A stretch of 64,000 bases of DNA from Solirubrobacterales bacterium (GTDB taxonomy: Bacteria; Bacillota; Syntrophomonadia; Syntrophomonadales; DTU052): the NCBI GenBank assembly GCA_050258755.1, contig JBLMZI010000011.1, positions 198,751 through 262,750 on the forward strand, written 5' to 3'. This document shows positions 18,398 to 27,875 of this stretch, piece by piece. The notes below the pieces were generated by a model. The model was not told the origin of the DNA, did not search any database, and saw nothing but the letters and a program-made list of their open reading frames with translations. A program made the position numbers and the translations under genes. Position 1 is the first letter of the stretch. The number at the start of each line of letters is the position of its first letter.

Positions 18398-20596
18398 TTG
18401 AAAAAGAGCAAGGTGGCGACGGGGATTTACTGGGTGGAGATTCCGGAGGTGGATCTGCGGATTCTTTGCGGATGTCCGGCCGATGCGATCAAGCATCTCA
18501 TGAAAAAGGACTTTATCACCACGGTCGAGGCCGAGGGTTACTCGTTTGAAACCGGGCCGAACGCCATCCTGCTTTCCGATTTGCCCCTGCAGAACGAACG
18601 CTTTGCCAACCTTGCCGAATTCCCAGTGCTTCAGATGCTTTACCGCCAGGGGATGCTGCTGCCCAAACACCCGAACAACAAAGGCGTCCGCCCGATGCTG
18701 ATCGGTGCCGCGGATTGCGTAAACGCCCAGGCGGAATACATATTCCGGGGGAATTACGGCTTAGTCAGCCTGGAAGAAATCATGTCGACTGGCGTGAGCG
18801 AAGCCGAGGCACAGGAAATGATGCGGGTGAAGCTTCGATTTGCCTTTGGGCGGATTCGCCCGACCGAGGAATTGCTCGATCTTCAGGTTGTTGGCGATGA
18901 GCCGCTTGAAATCCGGACCGGTGTGTTCGTGGAGCGGAAGAGCCTGAACCGGTATGAAATCCGGTACGAAAACGAGACCGTAATGGTTGATTTAAACCTT
19001 GAATCCACAGAGGCCTACGAGCCGGCTTACCAACTTGGCTTTACCGATGCCGGCGCGCAGTACTTTTCCATTATCCATACCGGCGAAGGCGATGGCTGGG
19101 ATACCCACCGTCCCTGCATGGCAAGCATTGTGACCTTCCAGGGCAGATACTATCTGGTGGATGCCGGGCCGAATCTGCTGCACAGCCTTGAAGCCCTGGG
19201 GATTGGCATCAGCGAAATTGAAGGCGTCTTTCAGACCCACGCCCATGACGACCATTTCTGCGGCATTACCACCCTGATCCGTTCGGATCACCGGTTAAAA
19301 TACTATGCCACCCCCACAGTCCGAAAATCGGCGCAGTTGAAGCTCGAAGCGCTCACCGGGATTACCCCGGAACAATTCGCGGTTTATTTCGATACTCACG
19401 ATCTCGTGCCAGACGAATGGAATGATATCGAGGGGCTCGAGGTAAAACCCATCTATTCGCCGCACCCGGTTGAAACCACCGCCTTTTTGTTCCGGGCCTT
19501 GTGGAGCGGCGGATACCGAACGTATGCCCACCTGGCCGATATTGTTTCCCTTCCCGTCCTAAAGCGAATGATTTCTGACAGTACCGCCATGACCGGGATT
19601 TCGCGCGAACGATACAATAAGGTGAAAGCGGACTATTTTGAGCCCGCCAATCTCAAGAAAATTGACGTCGGCGGCGGAATGATTCACGGATCGGCCAAGG
19701 ATTTTCGGCATGATCCGTCCCCGTTGATTCTGAGTCATACGGCCTTGCCGCTGACTGACCAGGAAAAGGAACTCGGGGACAGCGCGACCTTCGGCTCGGT
19801 TGATGTTTTGATCCATTCCCAGCACGATTATCTGCTGAAGGTGGCGGTCAGGCATTTCAGCGAGTTCTTTCCGGATGTGCCCCAGCATGAAATCGCGATG
19901 CTGCGGAACTGCCCGCTGGTGTCTTTCAATCCGGGCCGCAACCTGATTCGGAACGAAGAGCGGTGCAAGGAAGTCTACTATATTTTGTCCGGCCTGGTGG
20001 ATTACCGCAATGCGCATTCAAATTTCCACAGCATTCTTGGAATCGGTTCGTTTATCGGCGAGCTTTCCTGCCTAATGGCGGGCGAGACTCAGGGGACTTA
20101 CCGGGCGGCCAGCTATGTGAAAGCGCTGGCCATTCCGAGTGAACTGTATATGGCTTTCTTAAACCGGAATGGGATACTGGAGTCAGCCCGGAGCCATGCT
20201 GAAAAAAGGTTGTTTCTTCAGAACACCTGGCTGTTTGGCGAGCGGATTTCCTGTCCGGTGCGCGGCCGGATCGCCCGGGAGATGACCGAGGAGTCGTTTG
20301 AGGCAGGCAAGACCATTCGTTTCTCCAACAAGCCGGCGCTTTATCTTCTGGCCAGCGGGGAAGTGATTCTTTCGGCCGGGAAGCGGGAATTTGAATACTG
20401 TCAGGCCGGCAAATGTTTCGGCGAAGAAAGCATTATCTGCGGGAGACGGCTGTATTCGGCGAAGGCGTACGACCCGGTCAGCGTATACCGGATTCCTGCG
20501 GAAACGCTGAAGGATATTCCGATTGCCCAGTGGAAGCTCCTGGAGGTTTACGAACGGCGCCGGCGCGGCGCGATGGATATTCGCGGCTGGAAATAG
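18398..20596 (+). CDS. Three-part protein: unknown N-terminal domain, MBL-fold hydrolase, two cyclic-nucleotide-binding domains
   Basis: TTG start after GGGAGG. THAHDDHFCG is an HxHxDH metallo-beta-lactamase motif. Two CAP/CNB-like segments are present (FIGELSCLMAGETQGTYRAAS and CFGEESIICGRRLYSAKAYD). Confidence 0.8.
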   Translation: MKKSKVATGIYWVEIPEVDLRILCGCPADAIKHLMKKDFITTVEAEGYSFETGPNAILLSDLPLQNERFANLAEFPVLQMLYRQGMLLPKHPNNKGVRPMLIGAADCVNAQAEYIFRGNYGLVSLEEIMSTGVSEAEAQEMMRVKLRFAFGRIRPTEELLDLQVVGDEPLEIRTGVFVERKSLNRYEIRYENETVMVDLNLESTEAYEPAYQLGFTDAGAQYFSIIHTGEGDGWDTHRPCMASIVTFQGRYYLVDAGPNLLHSLEALGIGISEIEGVFQTHAHDDHFCGITTLIRSDHRLKYYATPTVRKSAQLKLEALTGITPEQFAVYFDTHDLVPDEWNDIEGLEVKPIYSPHPVETTAFLFRALWSGGYRTYAHLADIVSLPVLKRMISDSTAMTGISRERYNKVKADYFEPANLKKIDVGGGMIHGSAKDFRHDPSPLILSHTALPLTDQEKELGDSATFGSVDVLIHSQHDYLLKVAVRHFSEFFPDVPQHEIAMLRNCPLVSFNPGRNLIRNEERCKEVYYILSGLVDYRNAHSNFHSILGIGSFIGELSCLMAGETQGTYRAASYVKALAIPSELYMAFLNRNGILESARSHAEKRLFLQNTWLFGERISCPVRGRIAREMTEESFEAGKTIRFSNKPALYLLASGEVILSAGKREFEYCQAGKCFGEESIICGRRLYSAKAYDPVSVYRIPAETLKDIPIAQWKLLEVYERRRRGAMDIRGWK

Positions 20597-20637
20597 CCGT
20601 CTGCTGACAGAGAACAAGAAGGAGGGTTTGACCAGGA

Positions 20638-21537
20638 ATGCTTATCCGTTTAAGAAACAGCTTGATTTTCAGATCTTTTGACGAGTATGCCCGGGAACCG
20701 GTTGGGAAAGCCATGGGGTTTTTGGCCGTCCTGGTCCTGCTGGTCAGTCTCCCGGTGCTGGGTATGTACTGCTATAACCTGATGCAGGGCATTGACGAGA
20801 TGACAAAGGAAGCTGCTAAAATGCCGGACTTCACGTTTTCCGGCGGAAAGCTTACGGTGAACGCTCCGATGCCGATTGTCCAGGAAAACGGAGCTTCGCT
20901 GATCGTCATCGACACGAGCAATCAGACGCCGCCGACAGTTCTGGACCAATACGCCGACGGCATGATCATTTACAACGACCGGATGATTCAGAAACAGGCA
21001 GGCGGCTCTACCCGCGAAACGAAATTTGAACCGTTTGCCAAGTATTCATTCAATAAAGCTGAACTGATTCGAGCGGTTCCGTATTTAAAATGGATCAGCG
21101 TCCTGGTGGTCGTTTTCGGCTTAATCTATTTCTTCCTCGGCAAACTGCTGCAGGCCACGGTTTTTGCTTTGATCGGCCTGGTAGTGGGAGCGATCCGCAA
21201 GACTGAATTTGGCTACGGTTCGGCATTCATTATCGCAATTTACGCGCTGATCTGGCCGTCTGTCATTCAGGCGGTGCTTCGGATCGGATTTGATGCGTAC
21301 CCCTACCCGTATCCCGGGTGGACCTATTGGGGGCTGTTCCTGATCTGTATGATTGCCGGTGTCATTATGGCAACGCCGCCGAAGACCGAACCGGTGCCGG
21401 AAGCCGCCGGCGCACCGTTTGCGGCTACGCCAACCCAGGTCATCGATGTGACACCAGCGGAACCGGAAGCCGATGTCGCACCCACGCCGCCTGAGGGGGC
21501 GCCGTTGACCGGTGAAGAGCCATCGAAGCAGGAATAA
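20638..21537 (+). CDS. DUF1189-like polytopic membrane protein with Pro/Ala/Glu-rich C-terminal tail
   Basis: N-terminal TM, an extracytoplasmic segment PDFTFSGGKLTV...IVIDTS, four more TM helices, then TPPKTEPVPEAAGAP...PAEPEADVAPTPPEGAP. Confidence 0.65.
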   Translation: MLIRLRNSLIFRSFDEYAREPVGKAMGFLAVLVLLVSLPVLGMYCYNLMQGIDEMTKEAAKMPDFTFSGGKLTVNAPMPIVQENGASLIVIDTSNQTPPTVLDQYADGMIIYNDRMIQKQAGGSTRETKFEPFAKYSFNKAELIRAVPYLKWISVLVVVFGLIYFFLGKLLQATVFALIGLVVGAIRKTEFGYGSAFIIAIYALIWPSVIQAVLRIGFDAYPYPYPGWTYWGLFLICMIAGVIMATPPKTEPVPEAAGAPFAATPTQVIDVTPAEPEADVAPTPPEGAPLTGEEPSKQE

Positions 21538-21565
21538 AGGCAGCGCAATCGAATACGAAACCGAG

Positions 21566-21590
21566 AGAGCCGGAAATACCGGCTCTTTTT
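21566..21590 (+). terminator. Rho-independent terminator
   Basis: AGAGCCGG-aaata-CCGGCTCT followed by TTTTT. Confidence 0.8.
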
Positions 21591-21694
21591 ATGTCCAAAC
21601 AGCATAGAATCCCCTAAATTTAGGCGAACTGCGAACTATTTCGGGTGTATCGCGTATTCTGGTAGCAGAATGGGCTGAACAAGGAGGGAACGAT

Positions 21695-22153
21695 TTGGTG
21701 AGGCAAGGAAGATGTCCGTCATATATCCAACCTGATTTTCCGGGCACGGTACCGGGGCTGGAAGAAGCCATGCGGGGCGAGTCGGGAGCGATTGTTTTTT
21801 ATTCCTATCTGATCGACATGGCGCCGGACGAAAGGCAGCGGCGGGTCCTGATGAGTATTCGGTCGGATGAGGAGCGCCACTTGAACAATTTTCAGGCGGT
21901 GTACTGCCAGTACACCGGGAGCACGTACCGGGTTCCGACACCGGACGTAAGGCCGCCGGAAACGTATTTGGACGGACTGGAACGTGCTTTTCAGGATGAA
22001 CAGGAAGCGTATGAGTTTTACAAGGCGAATTATGAAGGCAACCGAAATCCGCGGATTAAGCAGGCCTTTTTTGACGCCATGCTTGATGAGGCAGAACATG
22101 CCCGATGGTTCAACAACATCATTCTATTGACGCATCATCAACACATGCCGTAA
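21695..22153 (+). CDS. Ferritin-like / rubrerythrin-family four-helix-bundle protein
   Basis: Two ExxH motifs (DEERHLNNF, DEAEHARWF), each preceded by a Glu-containing helix. This is diiron-carboxylate-like. The start codon is uncertain. Confidence 0.65.
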   Translation: MVRQGRCPSYIQPDFPGTVPGLEEAMRGESGAIVFYSYLIDMAPDERQRRVLMSIRSDEERHLNNFQAVYCQYTGSTYRVPTPDVRPPETYLDGLERAFQDEQEAYEFYKANYEGNRNPRIKQAFFDAMLDEAEHARWFNNIILLTHHQHMP

Positions 22154-22180
22154 TCGTCGGCCGCAGCGATTCCGACGACT

Positions 22181-22220
22181 GCCATGCCGCCCGGACCAGG
22201 CGCGGCATGGCTTGTTTGTG
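22181..22220 (+). terminator. Possible terminator (weak T tract)
   Basis: 10-bp stem GCCATGCCGC/GCGGCATGGC followed by TTGTTTGTG. Confidence 0.4.
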
Positions 22221-22316
22221 ACTGGTAAAACGGCATGATTCCAGGGAATACAGTACATACTGAAAGCCAAAGGAAACTGCGCCGAATCCGTTGGCGCGAA
22301 GAAAGAAGCAAGCTCC

Positions 22317-24644
22317 ATGTCCCAAATCGGTGCGGCGATTCCCCGAAAAGACGGCTGGGAGAAGGTCACCGGAACAGCGAAGTACAACAGCGATTTCCTG
22401 CCGGCCGGGACGCTCCATGCCCGATTACTGACCAGCACGCAAACCCATGCGCGGATAATTTCGATTGACGCAACCGGGGCCTGGGCGATTCCGGGGGTTC
22501 GTGCGGTAGTCACCGGCGACACTTTCCCGGTGCCGACCGGCCCGCTCATCGAAGACCGCCCGCCGCTCGCCTGGCAGAAGGTGCGGTACTACGGTGAGCC
22601 AATTGCTGTCGTGGTCGCCGCTAACGAGGCCCAGGCCAAGGCGGCGGTGGACCGGATCACTGTGGCGTACGAGCTGCTGCCGCCCGTCCTTTCGGTAACC
22701 AGCGCGATGCAGCCGGGGGCCCCATTGGTCCACGAAAAGCTTGCCGACTACACCCTAACCGCCCTGGATATTCACCCCGAGCCAAATTCCAATATTGCCG
22801 ACCGGATCAAGATCCGGAAAGGGGACATGCAGAAAGGATGGGATCTGGCCGAGGTTGTGGTTGAGGCGTCCTATTCCCTGCCGCAAGCGGATCATATTGC
22901 GATGGAAACCCGAAATGTAGGGCTCGAAATTTTGCCCGGAGGGCAGGTTAACGTGTTTTCGTCGACCCAGGCCCCTTTTGAGGTCCGCAAGGCGATCAGC
23001 CAATATTTCGGGGTTGCGCCCGGTGACGTTGTCGTCCACACGCCGCTGGTGGGCGGCGGCTATGGCGGCAAAGCGCCGGTGCAGCTGGAATTGATCGCCT
23101 ACCTGGCATCCAAGGCAGTCGGCGGCCGCATGGTGCGGCTTGCGAATACGCGGGAAGAAGATATCGTCAGTTCGCCCTGCAAACTGGGGCTGGAGGCCAG
23201 AGTAAAGCTCGGAGCCACCTCAAACGGGGAACTCACCGCAGCGTCATTTACCTTTCTGGTTGATACCGGTGGCTATGCCAACACCGGGCCGCGGATGGCC
23301 AAATCAATGGCGGTCAGCTGCACCGGGCCGTATCAAGTGCCCAATGTCTGGTGTGATGCGCTGTGCGTGTATACCAACCATCCTTATGCTACGTCATTCA
23401 GGGGGTTTGGCCACCTGTCCTGCACTTTCTGTATGGAACGGGCCATGGATAAACTGGCCTACGCGCTTCAGATGGATCCGGCCGAACTTCGCCGGAAGAA
23501 CGCGATCCTGCCCGGAATGAATGCGCCGACCCAAATGAAGCTGACGGAGAGCAATCTGGGCGATGTAAGCGCGTGTTTGGCCAAAGCCCGGGAATTGATT
23601 CGCTGGGATGAAGGAATACGCATTGAGATAGGCCGCGGCAAGGTGCGGGCGAAAGGGATCGCTTGCTTTTGGAAGACGTCGGATTCCCCGACAGACGCTC
23701 ATTCGGGGGCAACGATCACGTTTTTATCCGATGGGACGATCAATCTGAACGTGGGGGCGGTTGAAATCGGCCCGGGCACGAAAACAGCCCTGGCACAGAT
23801 TTTGGCCGACCGGCTGCGAATCACCACCGATCAGGTTTTTGTCGAATTGCCGGTGAATACCCGAACTTCTCCTTATCACTGGAAAACGGTCGCCAGCATG
23901 ACAACCTATATGGTGGGATCAGCGGTCGTTGAAGCGGCCGACGATGCCATTCGTCAGATCAAAAGTCTGGGCGCGGCGGCGCTCCGCTGTTCACCCGAGC
24001 AGTTGGAGGTTGCCCATAATCAGGTTTTTCTAAAGGCTGACCCGGGCCGATTTATCGATGTTGATAAACTGGTTTACGGGTACAAATACACAGACGGCAA
24101 CGCCATGGGCGGTCAGGTGATCGGGCGCGGCAGCTTTATTATGCGTCATCTGACCCCATTGAATCACGAAACCGGGGAAGGCAAGCCCGGACCTTACTGG
24201 ACGCCCGGGGTACAGGCGGTCGAAGTCGAATATGACACCGCCGATCACACCTACCGGCTGGTCACTGCGGTGACCGTGATTGACGCCGGCCGGGTCATCA
24301 ATCCAAAAATCGCGCGAGGGGTGATAACCGGCGGGATGAATATGGGATTCGGCATCGGCAGCCGGGAGGAATTCCTGTACGGCCCGGACGGCACGGTCCT
24401 GACCACCAGCCTGCGAACCTATAAACCAATGCGTTTCGGCGAGAATCCGGCTTATCGGGTCCACTTTATTGAAACCCCGCAGGCCGATTCGCCGGGCGGT
24501 ATGCGGGGTATGGGCGAACACGGCATTATTGGCATTCCGGCTGCGCTTGCGAATGCGCTTTCCGCCGCGGCGCAGGCGGAAATTAATCAAATTCCGGTTA
24601 CGCCGGAGCTGATCTGGCGCCTGAAGGAGGGGCCGGTGCGATGA
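22317..24644 (+). CDS. Xanthine dehydrogenase/aldehyde oxidase family molybdopterin-binding large subunit
   Basis: 775 aa with RKDGWEKVTGTAKY at the N-terminus, GGGYGGK, and the C-terminal GMGEHGIIGIPAALANAL. Confidence 0.92.
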   Translation: MSQIGAAIPRKDGWEKVTGTAKYNSDFLPAGTLHARLLTSTQTHARIISIDATGAWAIPGVRAVVTGDTFPVPTGPLIEDRPPLAWQKVRYYGEPIAVVVAANEAQAKAAVDRITVAYELLPPVLSVTSAMQPGAPLVHEKLADYTLTALDIHPEPNSNIADRIKIRKGDMQKGWDLAEVVVEASYSLPQADHIAMETRNVGLEILPGGQVNVFSSTQAPFEVRKAISQYFGVAPGDVVVHTPLVGGGYGGKAPVQLELIAYLASKAVGGRMVRLANTREEDIVSSPCKLGLEARVKLGATSNGELTAASFTFLVDTGGYANTGPRMAKSMAVSCTGPYQVPNVWCDALCVYTNHPYATSFRGFGHLSCTFCMERAMDKLAYALQMDPAELRRKNAILPGMNAPTQMKLTESNLGDVSACLAKARELIRWDEGIRIEIGRGKVRAKGIACFWKTSDSPTDAHSGATITFLSDGTINLNVGAVEIGPGTKTALAQILADRLRITTDQVFVELPVNTRTSPYHWKTVASMTTYMVGSAVVEAADDAIRQIKSLGAAALRCSPEQLEVAHNQVFLKADPGRFIDVDKLVYGYKYTDGNAMGGQVIGRGSFIMRHLTPLNHETGEGKPGPYWTPGVQAVEVEYDTADHTYRLVTAVTVIDAGRVINPKIARGVITGGMNMGFGIGSREEFLYGPDGTVLTTSLRTYKPMRFGENPAYRVHFIETPQADSPGGMRGMGEHGIIGIPAALANALSAAAQAEINQIPVTPELIWRLKEGPVR

Positions 24645-25474
24645 TTCCGTTTGATTTCGAGTATTACCAGCCCCAAACGGCCGAGTCTGCTGCCAGCACC
24701 TTTCATAAGCTTGAAAAATGCGGTAAAGAGCCTCGATACTACGGCGGCGGCACCGAAATCATCAGCATGGCCCGGGTGGGCAACCTGTATGCCGGTGCGG
24801 TGGTCGATATCAAAGGCATCCCTGAATGCCGGGAACTTGGATTTCGCCAGGACGAACTGGTTATCGGGAGCGGGGTCACCCTGACGCAGATTGCCGAGTC
24901 CGGGCTGTTCCCACTGCTGGGCAAATGCGCCGGCCGGGTGGCTGATCATACGATTCAAGGGAAGATTACGCTGGGCGGAAACCTGGCCGGGACGATTATC
25001 TATCGGGAAGCGTCGCTTCCCTTGCTGCTGGCAGATACGAACGTCGTTGTTCAGAGCCCGGACAGCCGGCGTACGGTGCCGCTCACTGCGGTCTATGACG
25101 GGGAGATGCACCTGGCACCCGGGGAATTTCTGCTGCAATTCCTCATCCCGCGTGAATTTACCGAACTCCCGTATGTCCATGTCAAGCGCACCAAAGCCGA
25201 CAAAATCGATTATCCGCTGGTTACTGTGGCAGCACTGAGGCGCGGCGATAGGCTGCGCTTCGCGTTCAGCGGACTGGTTCCCAAACCGTTCCGGTCAACG
25301 GCGGTTGAAGGCATTTTGAATAACCGGCTGGTGCATCCGAAAGAACGGGTTGATGCCATGCTGCGGGCGCTTCCGGAGCCGGTTCTGGCCGACAATGGCG
25401 GATCGCCGGAATACCGCGCGTTTGTACTCAAAACGATTCTGCTGAACACCTTTGATGCACTGGAGGGGGCGTGA
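24641..25474 (+). CDS. FAD-binding subunit of the molybdenum hydroxylase (CoxM/XdhB-like)
   Basis: ATGA overlap with the large subunit. FDFEYYQP...YYGGGTEI and a CO dehydrogenase flavoprotein-like C-terminus. Confidence 0.88.
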   Translation: MIPFDFEYYQPQTAESAASTFHKLEKCGKEPRYYGGGTEIISMARVGNLYAGAVVDIKGIPECRELGFRQDELVIGSGVTLTQIAESGLFPLLGKCAGRVADHTIQGKITLGGNLAGTIIYREASLPLLLADTNVVVQSPDSRRTVPLTAVYDGEMHLAPGEFLLQFLIPREFTELPYVHVKRTKADKIDYPLVTVAALRRGDRLRFAFSGLVPKPFRSTAVEGILNNRLVHPKERVDAMLRALPEPVLADNGGSPEYRAFVLKTILLNTFDALEGA

Positions 25475-25478
25475 ACCG

Positions 25479-25958
25479 ATGCCGGAGGAAATGAGAGAGC
25501 CCGGGATGGTTGTCTTAACCGTAAACGGCGAGCAAAAATCGGTATGGGTGCGCCCGGCCGATACCTTGCTCTTCGCCCTGCGGGAAAGAATTGGACTCAC
25601 CGGGTCTAAGCCGGGTTGTCTCAATGGGGACTGCGGTGCCTGCACGGTCCTGGTGGACGGGTGGCCGATCAAATCGTGCCTGATGCTCGCGGTGGAGGCG
25701 GTTGACCGTCAGATTACCACTATCGAAGGGCTGAGTGACATGCCGATGGCGCGGGCGTTTTTTGAAGAGTTTGCCTTCCAGTGCGGGTACTGTACCTCCG
25801 GGTTTATCGTAAACGCGCACGGTTTAACGATTCAGCATCCGGACGCCGATGAGTTTGTGATCGAAGAATGGCTTCAAAGTAATTTGTGCCGCTGTACCGG
25901 CTATGAGGAGATCAAGGAAGCGGTGTTGGCGGTTTTGGAACACAGGATTTCGGGATGA
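25479..25958 (+). CDS. [2Fe-2S]-binding small subunit of the molybdenum hydroxylase (CoxS/XdhC-iron-sulfur type)
   Basis: GCLNGDCGACTV and QCGYCTSGF...CRCTGY motifs. The start was trimmed to the ATG after GGAGGGGG. Confidence 0.9.
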   Translation: MPEEMREPGMVVLTVNGEQKSVWVRPADTLLFALRERIGLTGSKPGCLNGDCGACTVLVDGWPIKSCLMLAVEAVDRQITTIEGLSDMPMARAFFEEFAFQCGYCTSGFIVNAHGLTIQHPDADEFVIEEWLQSNLCRCTGYEEIKEAVLAVLEHRISG

Positions 25959-26035
25959 TGCCGGCCGCCGCTGGTTCTAGGCGGGCACCGGGCCGAATAC
26001 CTTTGGGGTAAAACGGCTTCAGGGGAGAGGAACTT

Positions 26036-26653
26036 ATGCGCCGAGATGTTCTGTGGTTCATTGTGTTCTGGGGAGCCTTGTGGGGATTGACTGAGGCGAC
26101 CGTCGGGTATTTTCTCCATCTGCTGCCGGTCAATATCGGGTGGTTGTTCTGGTTCCCGATTGCGTTCTTTTTCATGGCCAGAGCCTGGCGGGACAGTGGC
26201 CGCCCGGAAGCCGCTTTCGGCGCTGCGCTTTTGGCCGCATCAGTCAAGCTGACCAATCTGATGAATGCTGTTCCCGTGGACCGGGTGATCAATCCAGCGG
26301 CTGCGATTGTCTTCGAAGGGCTTGGCGTCTATGCGGTGTTCTATCTTCTATCCCGGTCCAAACAATGGCGGCGCAACCCTTTAACCCTGTCCTTTGCCGC
26401 CAGTCTCGCCTGGCGTGCGCTGTTTGCGGTCTATCTGCTGTTAATTCCAACGAATTGGCCGCCTCCGGGGCAGCTTACCGGCCTTGGGCCATTCCTAAAC
26501 TTCCTTTTGTTTGAAAGCGGGGTTAACGCCCTGTGCATATGGCCGGTGCTCATCCTCACCCCGCGCCGGCGTTCGCATCTTCAGCTGGCGGTTTTGCCGG
26601 TGGCGGCCGTGGTTTTGCTGGGACTGTCGATTGTTGCCCAGCTGGTCGTCTAG
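26036..26653 (+). CDS. Polytopic membrane protein, unknown function, embedded in the molybdoenzyme cluster
   Basis: 205 aa with about six hydrophobic helices and no recognisable motif. Same strand and tight spacing with its neighbours. Confidence 0.6.
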   Translation: MRRDVLWFIVFWGALWGLTEATVGYFLHLLPVNIGWLFWFPIAFFFMARAWRDSGRPEAAFGAALLAASVKLTNLMNAVPVDRVINPAAAIVFEGLGVYAVFYLLSRSKQWRRNPLTLSFAASLAWRALFAVYLLLIPTNWPPPGQLTGLGPFLNFLLFESGVNALCIWPVLILTPRRRSHLQLAVLPVAAVVLLGLSIVAQLVV

Positions 26654-26656
26654 TTT

Positions 26657-27259
26657 ATGCGCGTCGATGGCGTTATTCTGGCGGCCGGGCGTTCAAGCCG
26701 AATGGGCGCCAATAAGCTAACCCTGGATCTTGCTGGCAGAACGGTCATTGAACGCGCGCTAGCCTGTCTTATGCCATATTGTCGAACGGTTTATGTGATA
26801 ACCCGCCCAGGAACCTCAGGGTTGGAGCCGTTGTTCGCAGCAAACCCACGGATTATTCCGGTGGAAAACCCGATGCCGGACCGGGGGATGTTGAGCTCGA
26901 TCAAGACGGGGCTGTCAGCGGTTAAGGCAGATCAGGCGCTGATTCTGCCGGGAGACTGCCCGCTGGTGAAGCCGTCCACCTGCGCCCGGCTGCTGGCCGC
27001 GGAAGCGGATATTGTGGTGCCGGTATACCATGGAGAAAGCGGTCACCCGGTCCTGATTGGCAAGCGGATGATCTCGGCATTGCTTCATTCCTGCTCGGGG
27101 AGCCTGCGTGACTTTATTGTCGGGCAGGACTGCACCCGAATTGAGGTGCATGACCCGGGGATTCTGGTGGATGTCGATACACCGGAAGACCTGGCCTTCT
27201 TACGGGAAATGGCCATGCCCCCGGACACCTCCGGAACAGCGATCCGCCGATGGTGCTGA
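26657..27259 (+). CDS. MobA/MocA-like nucleotidyltransferase (molybdenum cofactor cytidylyl/guanylyltransferase family)
   Basis: GVILAAGRSSRMGANKL N-terminal motif and LPGDCP...VD(V/T)PEDL. Confidence 0.82.
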   Translation: MRVDGVILAAGRSSRMGANKLTLDLAGRTVIERALACLMPYCRTVYVITRPGTSGLEPLFAANPRIIPVENPMPDRGMLSSIKTGLSAVKADQALILPGDCPLVKPSTCARLLAAEADIVVPVYHGESGHPVLIGKRMISALLHSCSGSLRDFIVGQDCTRIEVHDPGILVDVDTPEDLAFLREMAMPPDTSGTAIRRWC

Positions 27260-27717
27260 TCATCACTGGACGGGTCCGCGCGGGGAAAACGACGCTGCTG
27301 CGCGCGCTGCATCAGGCATGGCAGGTGGGGGACGGGCTGTACAATGAGCGGACTTTGCCCATGGAGGCGGGACAGGCGTTGATTCGGATGAAGACCGGGG
27401 AGCGAAAACTCTTCGCGTGCAAACAAGGTGCCGAACCGGCGGATTGGGTGCCGGCGGCGTATTTCGGGGATACGTCATTCTCAAAGGACGGGCTCGAATT
27501 TGCCGCAGGTGGACTGGATGAGGTTGTATTCAACGGGAGCGGACCGATCTGGGTGGATGAAATCGGGCCGTTGGAACTGCAGGGAGACGGATTGTGCAAG
27601 CCTTTTCAGGCGGTTCTGGAAAGCGGCCGCGATGTGATCGTGGTCATTCGTGAAGGCTGTCTGAACGAAGTTAAGGATCGCTTTCAGATTGAAATGCCCG
27701 TGATTATTAGGGTTTGA
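27250..27717 (+). CDS. Small P-loop NTPase (DUF2478/THEP1-like)
   Basis: Walker A ITGRVRAGKTTLL and Walker B-like WVDEIGPLE. It overlaps the 3' end of the MocA-like gene by 10 nt. Confidence 0.7.
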   Translation: MVLIITGRVRAGKTTLLRALHQAWQVGDGLYNERTLPMEAGQALIRMKTGERKLFACKQGAEPADWVPAAYFGDTSFSKDGLEFAAGGLDEVVFNGSGPIWVDEIGPLELQGDGLCKPFQAVLESGRDVIVVIREGCLNEVKDRFQIEMPVIIRV

Positions 27718-27875
27718 ACAAATCGACACGCTTCCTTTTGACTTAAACGCTTTCCATTCTATACACTTATAGAAGAAGAGCACCGATTAGAGAGAAGAAA
27801 TGTCGGAAGCGGAAGCAGCGGGAAGGTTCGCGTGGTCATACCGCGCAAACATATTCGAAAAGGGAGAGTGTTCCA

